Below the pieces are notes generated by a model. It searched no databases. It saw nothing but the letters and a program-made list of their open reading frames with translations, and had not been told where the DNA came from. Positions 12,111 to 23,800 of a DNA stretch of 64,000 nt are shown here, piece after piece. Source of the DNA: Chrysemys picta bellii (taxonomy: Eukaryota). The stretch covers positions 8,060,001 through 8,124,000 of the forward strand of contig NC_088800.1 of the NCBI RefSeq assembly GCF_011386835.1, read 5' to 3'. Position 1 is the stretch's first letter; every line of letters starts with the position of its first letter. Made by a program: the position numbers and the translations under genes.

Positions 12111-14156
12111 GTGGGAGGGAATTTGTTTTTATTTTAGATTTGCCTGTCATCCACTAGAATATATGGACCTGACCCCAGGCAGTGCTTTCATTAATTTCAG
12201 TGAGCATTGAATCAGGCCCTGTCCCTTCTGGACAGTGCACTGTAGCTTTCAGTGCTTAAGATACTGCCTCGCACTTAAACAATAACAAGTCTGGATTTGT
12301 GTCCTCCAGGTTTGTGCTTGTTTTGGGAGGTATTCATATTCTCCTTATGATGAACGCCAGGCATGATGCAGTGTTTGTTTCTTTCAAGTTCCCATGTACC
12401 ATTGTGCATTTGAAAGACTTGATAGCGTGACACTGATTGTGTCAGAACTTTCAATTGTAGGAATACTATCCTGTCAGCTGATTAGTGTCGGGACACACCG
12501 CATTAATAATTCTGAATGTTTTCTAAATGCCTGTCTTTGTTTAGCTTTTTGTTTTTTAAAGGTACCTATTCTACATAGTAGGAGGTTGTATAATCTCATG
12601 AATTTGAGTTTAGGCAAAACATTTTCTCTTTTCACCTGCTAAGTGGTTGTGTTCAGGAATCATAAAGGCAATCGACAATAGATCCTGGGATCCTTTACTG
12701 TGATGGATGTACGCTGCCTGGTGTTAGCAGACCACAAAGTCTGCTGCTAAACCCAACAAGCAGCACCTTTGTAGTGTTCGTTGCCTGGTTTTAAGCAGCA
12801 AACGCTGTGGTTGGTGAGTCTGTGTCCTATTTAGTCTTAGCCCCCCAGCCCTTTCCCTGATTAGCATTGATGATTAATAGCTTGGAGTAGCTTCACTATC
12901 TCTCCTAGCATCTGGGAAACTTCAGTCATATCTGCTCTCCTCTAAGTTCCTGTACCAGCTTTTCCAGTCTTGTCACATAATTTAACCTTCCTAGTTCTCT
13001 GATCATTCTGTAGTCTGCTGGATCTGTTCTATCTCTGTCTCTGCCCTGTAGGCAGTCTAGCAAGACCCTTAGAGAACCCATGGCTTCCTGCCCCTACTTA
13101 TGCAACCCCTGCATTCTATATGCTTTCTCACTATGTTAAAAGCTAAGGAAAGGCTCTCTTACCTACCCTTCCCCCAAACTTTGGTTTGGATAAAATCTCA
13201 CCTATCCCCGAGTCTGGTTTTTGCTTTGCAAAAGAGTAGCTCAACTGAGATTTTTGTAAAGCCATTCTAGTTTTTCTGGAAAGGGAACAAAATCCTAGCT
13301 GTTCGTCTGTACTTTCCTCAGAGTTTGGTGGCCCAGATGCAATGGACCCTGGTTCCAAAGAGCGCCTGGCTTTGGGTGGGGAAACCCAACCAATTAGGTT
13401 AAGGCAAATCAAAACCTGGCCTCCTTTGCCAAACCTATTAAAAGTACAAGGTGAAAATGTTTTAACAGAACATCTCAAGAAGTCTAAGAAATAGATCTGT
13501 AAAATGAGCATCACTTTGGTATTCTCTGGCTGCGTGTGTGCTTCATGCTTAAATTACTTAAGGACTCAGTAGAGCCGGTCTGAAATTCCTCAACCGATCA
13601 GTCCTGATTTTCCTGTCTTTGCAGCAGGTCGTTAAAACTTGACCGGACAGGCCAAAAATGAAGGTCTTTCATTGGAAGTGGTGGATGAGCTTCCCTAATT
13701 TCTAGGATTCAAGGGAATTTTCCAGCTTCCCAAAGTATGTTTCATTGGGAGATCATGCTCTGCAAAGGCCCTGAAGTCAATGGCAAAGCTCTTATTCCTG
13801 TCACTGGGAAGTAGGATTGGACTTCAGGGAAGTGGAGGTCTTTTCACAGTGGTTCAGCAGAGCATGGTGCATTCAACTGAACTTAATTCCAAACTAAACA
13901 CACAGTCTGTTTGGTTGGCTCTGTTTGGAACTAGAAGAAAAGAATGGGGAACATAGTTCTTTGAGCAAGCAGGAGACTGCCACTGGACATGCTTTCAAGA
14001 TTCATGCAAGAGCCAGCCCCAAATCAAGGCATCTTGCTCTTACCTGCAATGGGAGCAGGTTTGGGACTACTGTCGGGGGAAAAAAACTATGTGAGTTTTA
14101 TGCAAACAAAAAAAGTTGTCTTTCCTTGGAATCCATGAATCAGATTCTGATCTCAA

Positions 14157-14656
14157 TTATCAGAGGGGTAGCCGTGTTAGTCTGGATCTGTAAAAAGCAA
14201 CAAAGAGTCCCGTGGTACCTTATAGACTAATAGATGTATTGGAGCATAAGCTTTCATGGGTGAATACGTGGGTGGTGCATCTGACAAAGTGGGTATTCAC
14301 ACACGAAAGCTTATGCTCCAATACATCTGTTAGTCTATAAGGTGCCACCAGGGCCGGCTTTAGGTCGATTCCCCCGATTCCCTGGAATCGGGCCATGCAC
14401 CCGCGCCTAAGAGGGCCCCGTGCCTTAGGCGCTTTTTAATTTTTTAATTTTTTTTACTCACCCAGCGGTGGTCTGGGTCTTCAGTGGCATTTCGGTGGTG
14501 GGGGGGTCCTTCAGTGCTGCAGAAGACCCGGAGTGAGTGAAGGACCCCCCGGCGCCGAAGTGCCGCCGAAGACCCGGACCGCCGCCGGGTATTCGAATCG
14601 GGCCCCGCAGTTCCTAAAGCCGGCCCTGGGTGCCACAGGACACTCTGTTGCTTTAT
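14157..14656. mobile_element. Penelope-like element fragment in fold-back (inverted) arrangement, interrupted by a hAT MITE
   Basis: atcagaggggtagccgtgttagtctggatctgtaaaaagcaac...gcataagctttc followed by the reverse-complement arm gaaagcttatgctccaatacatctgttagtctataaggtgccac[MITE]ggtgccacaggacactctgttgc. Confidence 0.8.
14349..14628. mobile_element. hAT-type MITE (280 bp)
   Basis: 16-bp TIR CAGGGCCGGCTTTAGG...CCTAAAGCCGGCCCTG; perfect 8-bp TSD GGTGCCAC (14341-14348, 14629-14636). Confidence 0.92.
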
Positions 14657-15228
14657 TCTGATCTCAGTTCCTCTGGTGTAAATCCAGATAAACTCCATTA
14701 TAGCTAGTGCAAGTACCCTAGATTTATGCCGCTGTAACTAACTTGAACAAAAGTCAGTGGGATATATCCAGGTTTACACTTGTGTGACCTGCGACCAGAA
14801 TCTGGCTCTAAAAATTGCCGTTCAGTAGCACATTTCTGTTAGAGCTGCAGGTTGGATGGCAGCCTGAAACAGGCTTGTTGTGAAAGCCGCTTAACCAAAA
14901 CACAAGTGCAGCCAGAAAATAGCAGGCATGGGGGAGCGCCCTGACTAGAGCAGCTGGGTTTTGTGGCACTGGAGCAGGGTTTGCCAACCTCTCTGAAATG
15001 CTGGCATTTGACGACTACCAAGTACCTGCTCTACTATATTTAGGGTTGAAACAATTTCCAGTGTTTATAGCGTGTGTTTGAAATGAGTGCTCATGGAAAG
15101 TGCCAGATTTGCAGCCGTGGGGAGTGAAGTCCTCTGTCTGTCTGCAGAATGCATACAGCATAAGCATTAACAGGGCAAGCCTCTGGCAATGTGCCTTAAA
15201 CCTGACCTGGACTGTCGGTTCAGACTTA

Positions 15229-15405
15229 GTGTATGTCAACACTGCAATCCAAGCTGGGATTGCATCTTGGGTAGGCCTGCACTAGCTTTCCCTGCACCGG
15301 CATGGCTAACAATAGCTGTGGAGCTGTGTCAGCATGACCTGTAAGAGCACGCGGGGAACCCTGGGTATGTATTTGTGTTGCTAGGATTGCAGTGTAGAAA
15401 TTCCC
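15229..15405. mobile_element. Old PIF/Harbinger-like MITE
   Basis: Degenerate TIRs gtgtatgtcaacactgcaat...attgcagtgtagaaattccc resembling the GGCTA-GTCTACACT type ends. Confidence 0.45.
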
Positions 15406-16149
15406 ATAGCCTGCCCTTTTGGAATGCCCAGGTATAAGAAGGCAAGCTTCTCCTACCACTCCCACCTGGGACACCCAGAACAGGGAGTACAAGTGGGGGA
15501 AGAAGCAAGTGCCCCCAGCACTGCTACAGGCAATGAATGGGGCAAGTCTGGATGGGATCATGGCCCTGTGCCAGCTTGTAGCTGCAGGGAAGCGAAAGGG
15601 GAACAAGTGCAGCGACACCTTCCTAACAAGTGTAACGAGAAATGCTACATGCGCCCCTCCCTGTCCTCAAGGAGTCCTGGAGGCAAAGGGGCTGGCTAAG
15701 GCGCAGGGTGTGCTCCTTTCCCCCGAGCATCTCACAGCCTTCAAAGCCACCGTTCAGTCTTTACTGGGCAAAAATCACCCAAAGTGGCTGGCAACAACAA
15801 CAAAAGCAGTCAAAATACCGACTTGAAGTAGACAAAGAGGATCACCATTACTGGTGATGGGTGGTGAACATGGCACAGGGTATGGACTGTGTGGTGCAAC
15901 AGGGGGCATGCACAGAAAAACCAGGCTAGGCAGGGTCCTGGAACCATGCTTACAAAATAAATTGGGCTCTAGTATTAAAACATAAGGCTATAATGGAGGT
16001 TTTCTGGGAGCAGTTGTTGCGCATCAGTGGAAGTGCTTGGAGAGAGAGTTGGTGAGCAAAGGTGGATGGGGATAACGGGGGGCAGCTGAGATGAATTGTA
16101 TGTATTCATAAGCTTGATGAAAGGAAAAATAAAGTGTCAAGGGGGCAAT

Positions 16150-16279
16150 GGGATAGATCACTTGATGATGACCTGTTCTGTTCATTCCCTCTGGGGCACC
16201 TGGCACTGGCCACTGTCAGAAGACAGGATGCTGGGCTAGATGGACCTTTGGTCTGACCCAGTATGGCCGTGCTTATGTG
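16150..16279 (+). mobile_element. CR1 LINE 3' end fragment
   Basis: ctgttcattccctctggggcacctggcactggccactgtcagaagacaggatgctgggctagatggacctttggtctgacccagtatggccg is a CR1 3' UTR; it is homologous to 55935-56039. Confidence 0.8.
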
Positions 16280-16385
16280 GACTTAGAGGGAGGAGTTTTC
16301 AAAATTCCACTGGATTTAGGAAGGTGGTATCTGGCATAACTGAAACAGACATGGAGCAGGCAGTGGTTGCAGGGTGTTTTTATTA

Positions 16386-17085
16386 CAGAGGTGGGCAAAC
16401 TACGGCCCGCGGGCCACATCCGTCCCGCGGGACCATCCTGCCCGGCCCCTGAGCTCCCGGCCGGGGAGGCTAGCCCACGGCCCCTCCCCCGCTGTCTCTC
16501 CCTCCCCCGCAGAGTCACGCAGGCAGCGCTCTGGGCGGCGGAGCTGGGCGCTTCTGCCAAGCAGAGCGGCAGCGTGTCTGGCTCCGGCCGGCGTGGCAGC
16601 CAGACATGCTGTTTTGCATGCTCTGCTCGGCATGGTAAGTGGGCCGGGGGCTTGTATAAGGGGTGGTGGGCCCCGGGGGGCAGTCAGGGGAGAGGGAGCA
16701 GGGGGCAGTTGAATGGAGCAGAGGTTCAAGGGGGGGCAATCAGGGTACGGGGATCGGGGGGGGGTTGGATAGGCGTGGGGTCCCAGGGGGCCTGTCAGGG
16801 GCGGAGGTGTGGATGGGGTCGGGGCACTTAGGGGACTGGGAGCAAGGGGGTTGGATAGGGGGTGGGCTCCCAAAGGGCGGTTAGGGGCAGGAGTCCCGGG
16901 AGGGGGCAGTTAGAGGACAAGGAGCAGGGGGGGTTGGATGGGTCAGGAGTCCTGAGGGGGGCAGTCAGGGGGTGGGAAGTGGGAGGGTGCCAGGCTGTTT
17001 GTGGAGGCACAGCCTTCCCTACTCTCCCCTCCATCCAGTTTTGCAACCCCAATGTGGCCCTCGGGCCAAAAAGTTTGCCCACCCG
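16386..17085. mobile_element. hAT-type MITE with G-rich internal repeats
   Basis: TIR CAGAGGTGGGCAAACT...AGTTTGCCCACCCG; 8-bp TSD TTTTATTA (16378-16385, 17086-17093). Confidence 0.88.
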
Positions 17086-17955
17086 TTTTATTAGGATACC
17101 GAAAAACAATCAAATGGTAAATGTAAGGGATACAACTACTAGACAGTCCAGCACTCCAGACGGACCATGCTGTTGTGCTGAGCTGAGATCAGAGACCAAG
17201 TCCTGACTCTCAGGCCAAGGTAGTGCCTTGAGCAACTTCTTGGTGGAAGAGACGGTTCTGCCACTCTCAAGGGTCTACTCTGCCCCTCCCCAACAAAGCA
17301 CAGAGTAATATTAATATGTTCCTAATGGACTTGCATCTAGCATTACTTGCCTGGTGGAAGGGTCCTGTGGGGGGAGAAAAGAGGAATCTCAGAGGACCTC
17401 CCTCGTCTAGCATAGGAAAAGTTGCATGCATATTTGTTTGGCATCATGAGGCACTTCCTAGTAGAATGGGAGGGTCTGCATTTTGTTTGAATTGTGGTGC
17501 AGAAGTGGAGAACTGTGCCACAGGGATATGCCCCCGAATCCCATTCATAGGGGCATTCTGCATGCTCCCATGGATTCGGGTTTATTGAGGAGAAGAAGCA
17601 GGGCCGGTGAATCTCCTGCTGCATGGATCCACCTGTCATTGCTGTGAAGCCGGGAGACAGGAGCTGTGAGGGCTACAGTAGAAGCCTTCATGCTGTAGTA
17701 GAAACTTCAGGGGCTCTATTCTGCTGCTGCACAGTCTGGCTGGGACTGGATGAATCCTTCGCCTTCCCAGTGCTGCAGAAGCCCCCTGAATTGTACTCTG
17801 CCGCTCATGTTTGGTATCTGTATGTGAGTACAATTTAAACTTAAGGGCCTGATCCAAAACTCAGTGAAGTGAATGGAAAGATTTCCATTCACATCAGTGG
17901 GTTGTGGCTCAGACCCTAAGGCCCTAATTCAACAAAGCACTTATGCATGTGCTTT

Positions 17956-18154
17956 GGGGGGAGGGATAGCTCAGTGGTTTGAGCATTGGCCCACTAAACT
18001 TAGGGTTGTGAGTTCAATCCTTGAGGGGGCCATTTAGGGATCCGGGGGCAAAAACAAAACAAAGCAAACACAGTCAGGGACAATACTTGGTCCTGCTAGT
18101 GAAGGCAGGGGACTGAACTCAATGACCTTTCAAGGTCCCTTCCAGTTCTATGAG
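17956..18154 (+). mobile_element. tRNA-derived SINE with CR1-like 3' tail (tortoise Pol III/SINE type)
   Basis: A-box TAGCTCAGTGG (about 17967), B-box GTTCAATCC (18012-18020), tail gacctttcaaggtcccttccagttctatga. Confidence 0.8.
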
Positions 18155-19318
18155 ATAGATATATTTATTTTTATTTTTAAATGCTTTGCTGAAAAGGAAT
18201 GAATTGCTGCATCTGGTCCTAAAACAGTAAAGTTATTAAATACTACAGTAGCAGTAGTATTGGCACACAGTACTGGACGGAGGAGATTTTAACATCCCAA
18301 GAATCCAGTATAAAGATATATGCTGCCCTCAATATTTCAATATGTCGGGTGTATAAATCCATGCTGCATCACAGCATGGGGGGAAACTTTGGTGCTCTGT
18401 CCACTGTTACATCAGACTGGTCTCTTTTTATGTGCATTGTCAACTCTGACAGCTTTTGACAGTTTGCAATTTAGTCTGTTTAAAAAAAAAACATTCAGGA
18501 AAATGACTATATAATGGAGTCTCTCAACGTAGTCTGTAAACCTCTGGGTCTGAACTAAAAAATCAGGTTTTAAAGCTCTGCTTCATTATCATGGTGCCTG
18601 CTAGCTGTAGTTAAGAGTCTGTTAACAGTCCCATTATAAATCCCTACTTCTAGGGGTTTATAATTCAGCAATAAAAATTTGCTGTGGGCCAAAACTCAGC
18701 ATACAAGGTCTTTGCCCAGGAACAATATGATTACCCCCTCTCTCACCACCTTTAATTTAGACATATAAATATATACCAACACCGTCCATGCAGTAGATTT
18801 TTATAATCCCCTTTTGGTATTTAAAAATATTCAATGGGTGAGTTATTAATGTTTCAATACTGACTACTGTGTATGGCCAGTAACTTCATTAAAAGTAGCT
18901 GGATTACCGCAGCTCCATATGACACAGTCCTGTGACACTCAAGTTGTTTCACAGGTCTGCTGGAAGGGTCTAGAAGAGACCACTCTCTTTTAAGAAAGCA
19001 TCTAAAAATGGATGCACAATAAATTGACTTTTTGCAGTTGAGTAAAAATGCATCTCCGAAATGGACTAAGGTCTGAATCTGGAAAGTTTGCGTGTCAAAG
19101 CCAGTGCAGATAGAAGCTGCGTGTGAGTGCAAAGTTAAGAGCGAGGTGGTATCCTCTGCACTGAACAATCCTTTACTCACAGTTGGATAGAGTAAAAATG
19201 GGTTGGGTATGAAGGGCGAATGGGCATGTCTGAGGAGACATGAGCTCACATGCAATCTTCAGCATGCAAATAATGGGTTAAACTCTTAGCATTCAATCCT
19301 GCACACAATGAAGACTGG

Positions 19319-19423
19319 TTTCAGAGTAGCAGTGGTGTTAGTCTGTATCCGCAAAAAGAACAGGAGTACTTGTGGCACCTTAGAGACTAACACATTTATT
19401 TCAGCATAAGCTTTCGTGGGCTA
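19319..19423 (+). mobile_element. Penelope-like element fragment (second subfamily)
   Basis: tttcagagtagc...gtgttagtctgtatccgcaaaaagaacaggag...gcataagctttcgtgggcta; 98/105 identical to the reverse complement of 34344-34448. Confidence 0.8.
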
Positions 19424-19476
19424 AAACACTGAAGACTGCAAACCATCCCAATGGGGAGGAAGTACCACACTTTAGG

Positions 19477-19801
19477 TAGAGTTGGTTGAAATTTTCCCAA
19501 CAGAGCACTTTTCCATCTGAAAATGCTGATTCAATTAAATTGATACATTTGCTGTCGACTGGTGACATTTTGTACAGAATGCATTTTGACCTTATTATTA
19601 CGAATAATATTGGGGAAAACACCCTTTATTTTATCAAAACAATGTTCAATTAACCCAAAACAAAATTTCCCCAAACTTTTAATTCAGTGGGAAATTCTGA
19701 TTTTGGGATGGGGGGCATTTCCTTCTCTTTTGGAATGAAGGCAAATTTCAAAATTGCAGAATTTCCCACAAAACAAAATAGCCGGTTTCTGCACAGCTCT
19801 A
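19477..19801. mobile_element. Old AT-rich hAT-like MITE
   Basis: Ends TAGAGTTGG...CACAGCTCTA; TSD not preserved. Confidence 0.4.
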
Positions 19802-20628
19802 TTTTGTGGGGCTGCTCTCTGTAAATATGATGTTTGGCACTATGGATAGCTCTGTTTGCAGAATTAGGACCCAGGAGTCCTTTGCAACCAGTCTACTAAG
19901 CAGGAGTGACTTGACAACCAAACATTAGCAGCCTCACCAATACAAAATTGGGTTCCCTTTTGCTTTTTTATCCCTTTTTATCTTGCACTTCATTTAGACA
20001 AGCAGCACTCTACACAAGTGTTGTGCAAGCCCATCTTGTGTATTTATACACTAGACTATAAATGTGGGTTCAGTAGATCTGATTGATTATTAACTAAGCT
20101 ATTGTAAATTGAAATGAGTCAGCACAGAGAAAAAATTGCAGTTAGCAAGGTCTCTTCCCAAAGGGACAAATCTTATTTTGAATTATTAATAAGCAAACAT
20201 CAGTGGAAAAGGAAACAGAAAATGCCCCAGCTTGAGGCATCATTCTAGTTCTGTAATCCTGAACATGGAGCCCAGCTTCCCCAAATGCTTTCTGCTAGCT
20301 CTGTTTTCCAAACATCTGAGCATCTGTGCAGGACAGAGAGATGCTAGGCTGAAGTTAACCCCTTGCTTACCTTAAACAAGGAATTCCTCCTGCAGCTGTT
20401 TCATATAGACAACCAGTCAGATTCTCAGTTGGTATAAATCAGCATAGAGTCATTGAAGTCATGGAATGACACCAATTTACACCTTAATTTTTCATTTGCC
20501 ATTATTTTTTATTAATCCTAACTACATACTTTGAACAATAATTCTCAATATATTATTTGCTATTGATATACATGTGGTTTCTCTTCAATGTCAGGACAAA
20601 TTTGAAATTCTTCTTCTACCCGCTTAGC

Positions 20629-20810
20629 ATGGCATATGTATTAAAGACACTCAACAGCTGGTTCTGGTGGGAGAGCTTGTGGATACCTGCCAATTGCACA
20701 TGGGCAGATCTTGAAGACCACGATGGCATTGTCTTTCCAAAGCCATATCAATTATATGCCACGATACCATACGCTTTTGTGATGCTGATGGTCCGATTCG
20801 TGATAGAAAG
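20629..20810 (+). CDS. CERS3: CERS3 coding exon 1 (acceptor ag|C at 20628, ATG at 20629)
   Basis: Pyrimidine tract ttcttcttctacccgcttag precedes CATG; encodes MAYVLK...RFVIE(R); donor AG|gtaaga at 20811. Confidence 0.95.
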
Positions 20811-23800
20811 GTAAGAAACTTGTATGTAATTTTACTTTGTTTCCTCCCCTCAGCTCCAAGGATATTAGCAAACTAAAATGTGTTTAGTTCTGTATGTGAA
20901 TTCTTTCAGAAAGATGGGTTTGGCCAATGGTTACACTAGAAAGGTATAATACAGGTAACACAGCAGGTGATAAAGGTAGAATAAGTTTATAGGAATTTTG
21001 CCATTATGAAGGTCATGTGACTCTCCACCACCTGCAGTTTCACAGTTTGAATCCTGCAGCTCAGTTTACAAAAGTGGGAAGTGATTGCTCCTGAAGGTAT
21101 GTTTAGACGCTGGAGTTTGAGAAGAGATCATCATTTCCTCCCCCGTAGATGAAACCAACCCATAAAATATTCTGATGCCCTTTACTTACCTCACACTGGT
21201 CCAGCTCCTCCTTCCTCTCCCTGAGTCTTCAGATCAGGTGTGTAGGATTGAGATATCCCATGTGCGCAAAATGTAGCAAATCTACACGTTCTGGAAGGGG
21301 TCACAAAGTTCTGCGTGAGCATTTCATGCAGTTCTAGTAAAGATGATTTTTTTTTTTAAATCTGGCACCGAACATAGAACTGTTGCTGCAGTTGTGATCT
21401 TACAGGACAGATTGTGGTTGGCCCCGTGAGGTTGAGGCATGATCATGTTAAGCTTTGCAGCCCCCCGGCCCCCTTTTTTTTTTTTACTTTATTCTTTTTG
21501 TTTAAAAAATGCTATTAGTATGTTTTTTATAACTATTTCAGGGAAGAATGGGGCTATTTGGACAAACTTACGACAAAACCAGATAAAATCACTTGGGTTC
21601 AGGATCAAAAATAATGTGGATTATATGTTTATAACAATTCAGAGTCTTACTCTCCTGAGCAAATGCTTGTCCAGTTGTGCCTTGCTTCATTGCCATTTTG
21701 AAACGGCTCATCTGCTCAATTAGCCATCCAGCTGGCCAGCAGTGTATCTGCTTTTGAACATGGAAGACGCTGACCGCTGTTCTGGGTAATAAGAACTCAC
21801 TTTAAGCAGGACACCAGCAGGGGTGAGAGGGCTTATTCCAAAGAGACCTACCTAACTAGGTCAGCCATGCCAACAGCACATTCCGCAGCTGTGGGAGATG
21901 GAGCAGAAAACAGCTGTTTCTGCCTCCATTGCTGTGTGAGATGCTGTGCCATTTGTCCGTCAAACCAGACACCTCTCAGAGAACGTCAATTGGCTGATGG
22001 TGACCCTCCTAATAAGCAAGGTGCTTTATTGACTGGAAGGTGCTGAGACAGCCTTGGAAGGGAATAGATCCCCTACCTCCCCCTGACCTGGGTAAGCAGT
22101 ACTCCCCAGTAGCTCGCCCTCCTCCTCAGACTTGTGTGATGAGAGCTCCCCTCTCTGTTTAGGCGGCCTTGACTATAGCATAACATCTCTCCACTAGCAG
22201 CCCAGCCTCTGAAAAATGTAGGGGTGAAAGAACCAAGAACTTTCCTTTGCAATGTACAGCATTTCAGGACCACGTTTAATTAAAAACCATCCATCGAGCG
22301 ATTGTGCAAGCAGGATAATGCTGTTTTCTGCTGAACCAGGCTTCTGCTGTATGGATGCCATTGTTTTCTCTTAAGGCAGCTCTGCTGAAGATGCTCATGA
22401 ATGTTCTACGTCTCCTCTGACAGATGAACCAGGTTTCAGATTTAATTCCTTAGCATCCTCGAGGGCTAGCTGAATGCCATTAACCATTCTGCATTTTGAG
22501 AGAGCTTTTCTGTTGTGTCTTTTTCAGATATATTGCCATACCTCTAGCAAAAGCTTTAGGTATAAAGAACGTAACGCGAGTGAAGCCGCAGCCAAATGCT
22601 GTTTTAGAGAATTATTTCCGAAAATGCACAAAACATCCATCCCAAGTAAGGATTCTAATTCTTTTAAGGTGCTTTGGGGATGGAAAATCCCAACTCTTAA
22701 TGTTTCAATCAGCTATCCACAGTGACATCATGCATCCAAGGGATGGATTCCAGCTGATCGGCGCATGATGTAATTCACTTGGATTTGTTTTACTACCCTG
22801 CTGGCAGGGTATACAGCATCCAAAATATAAAATAAAAACATTAATAAAATGGTGTAATTTCTTGGCATGTTATTCTAGGTCAGATTGTTAATGTTCCTTC
22901 TGGTGAAGATCAATAATCCATCTCTAACTCCACTTGGAGAAAGCAGCAGTGGACAGCTGTCAGTTAAAAACAATATTATGCTATACTTTAAAGGAATAAA
23001 ATTGAAACAATGGGCTGGAAGCAGTCTGATGGACTCTTCTGTGTTTAGTCATAGGCTGCATGCGGGATCAAAATACCTCTGATAACGTGTGGTCGGTTCG
23101 GAAACCAAAACAAGAGCAATTAAAATAAAACTCCAGCATTTTGAAAATGCAGAAAATGAATCAGTCTGTTCGTGGGAGGGACATACCGCAGCATGGACAT
23201 TGTCTGAAAACACTCCCTTTCTTAACATGGCCAGTGGTATATACTTCCCATGCCTAAGAGAAAGGAGTAAGGACTAGAACCACAAACTGAACTGGAGCTG
23301 CAAGGTTCAGTTCCTGGCTCTACCACTGGCTTACTTTCTCTTTAGCCCGGTATGGCCAAAGAGGGGCCTGCTAATGGGATCAGACCTAAATTGCACAGGC
23401 AAACTCCTCTACCTTGGGCAAGTAGCTAGACTTCTCTTCTTTACTTCCCCATCTGTACAACAAAGGTGACAATTACCCATCGACCAGCATAGGAATGTCA
23501 TGAGGATTAATCTTTGAAGATAAGTGCCAAGTTTTAATTATTTTATCTCCATGCAACAGATGAGGAAACTGAGGCAGAGAGAGAGCGTGTCATACAACAA
23601 CTTTTGGCAGCTGGGATCTCCTGTGACTCCCAGACCTGTGACTTAACCACAAGATCATCCTCCCTCACTTTATACAATAAATAATATAATAACCAGTTGT
23701 CACTGGCTAAAGCCACTTTGTGGCTTCTAGAGTGTAAGTGAGTAACTTACATGGCACTGTACCAAATCCTCCCTGCTCAAATCTCTCATTCGTAGCAGTA

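Noticed and set aside
13143-13514. 123-aa minus-strand ORF
   Set aside because: No motif and no codon or splice support.
15419-15826. 135-aa ORF
   Set aside because: It begins in a MITE end and has no recognisable domain or exon-like boundaries.
16273-17206. Cluster of overlapping ORFs up to 157 aa
   Set aside because: They coincide with the G-rich hAT MITE 16386-17085.
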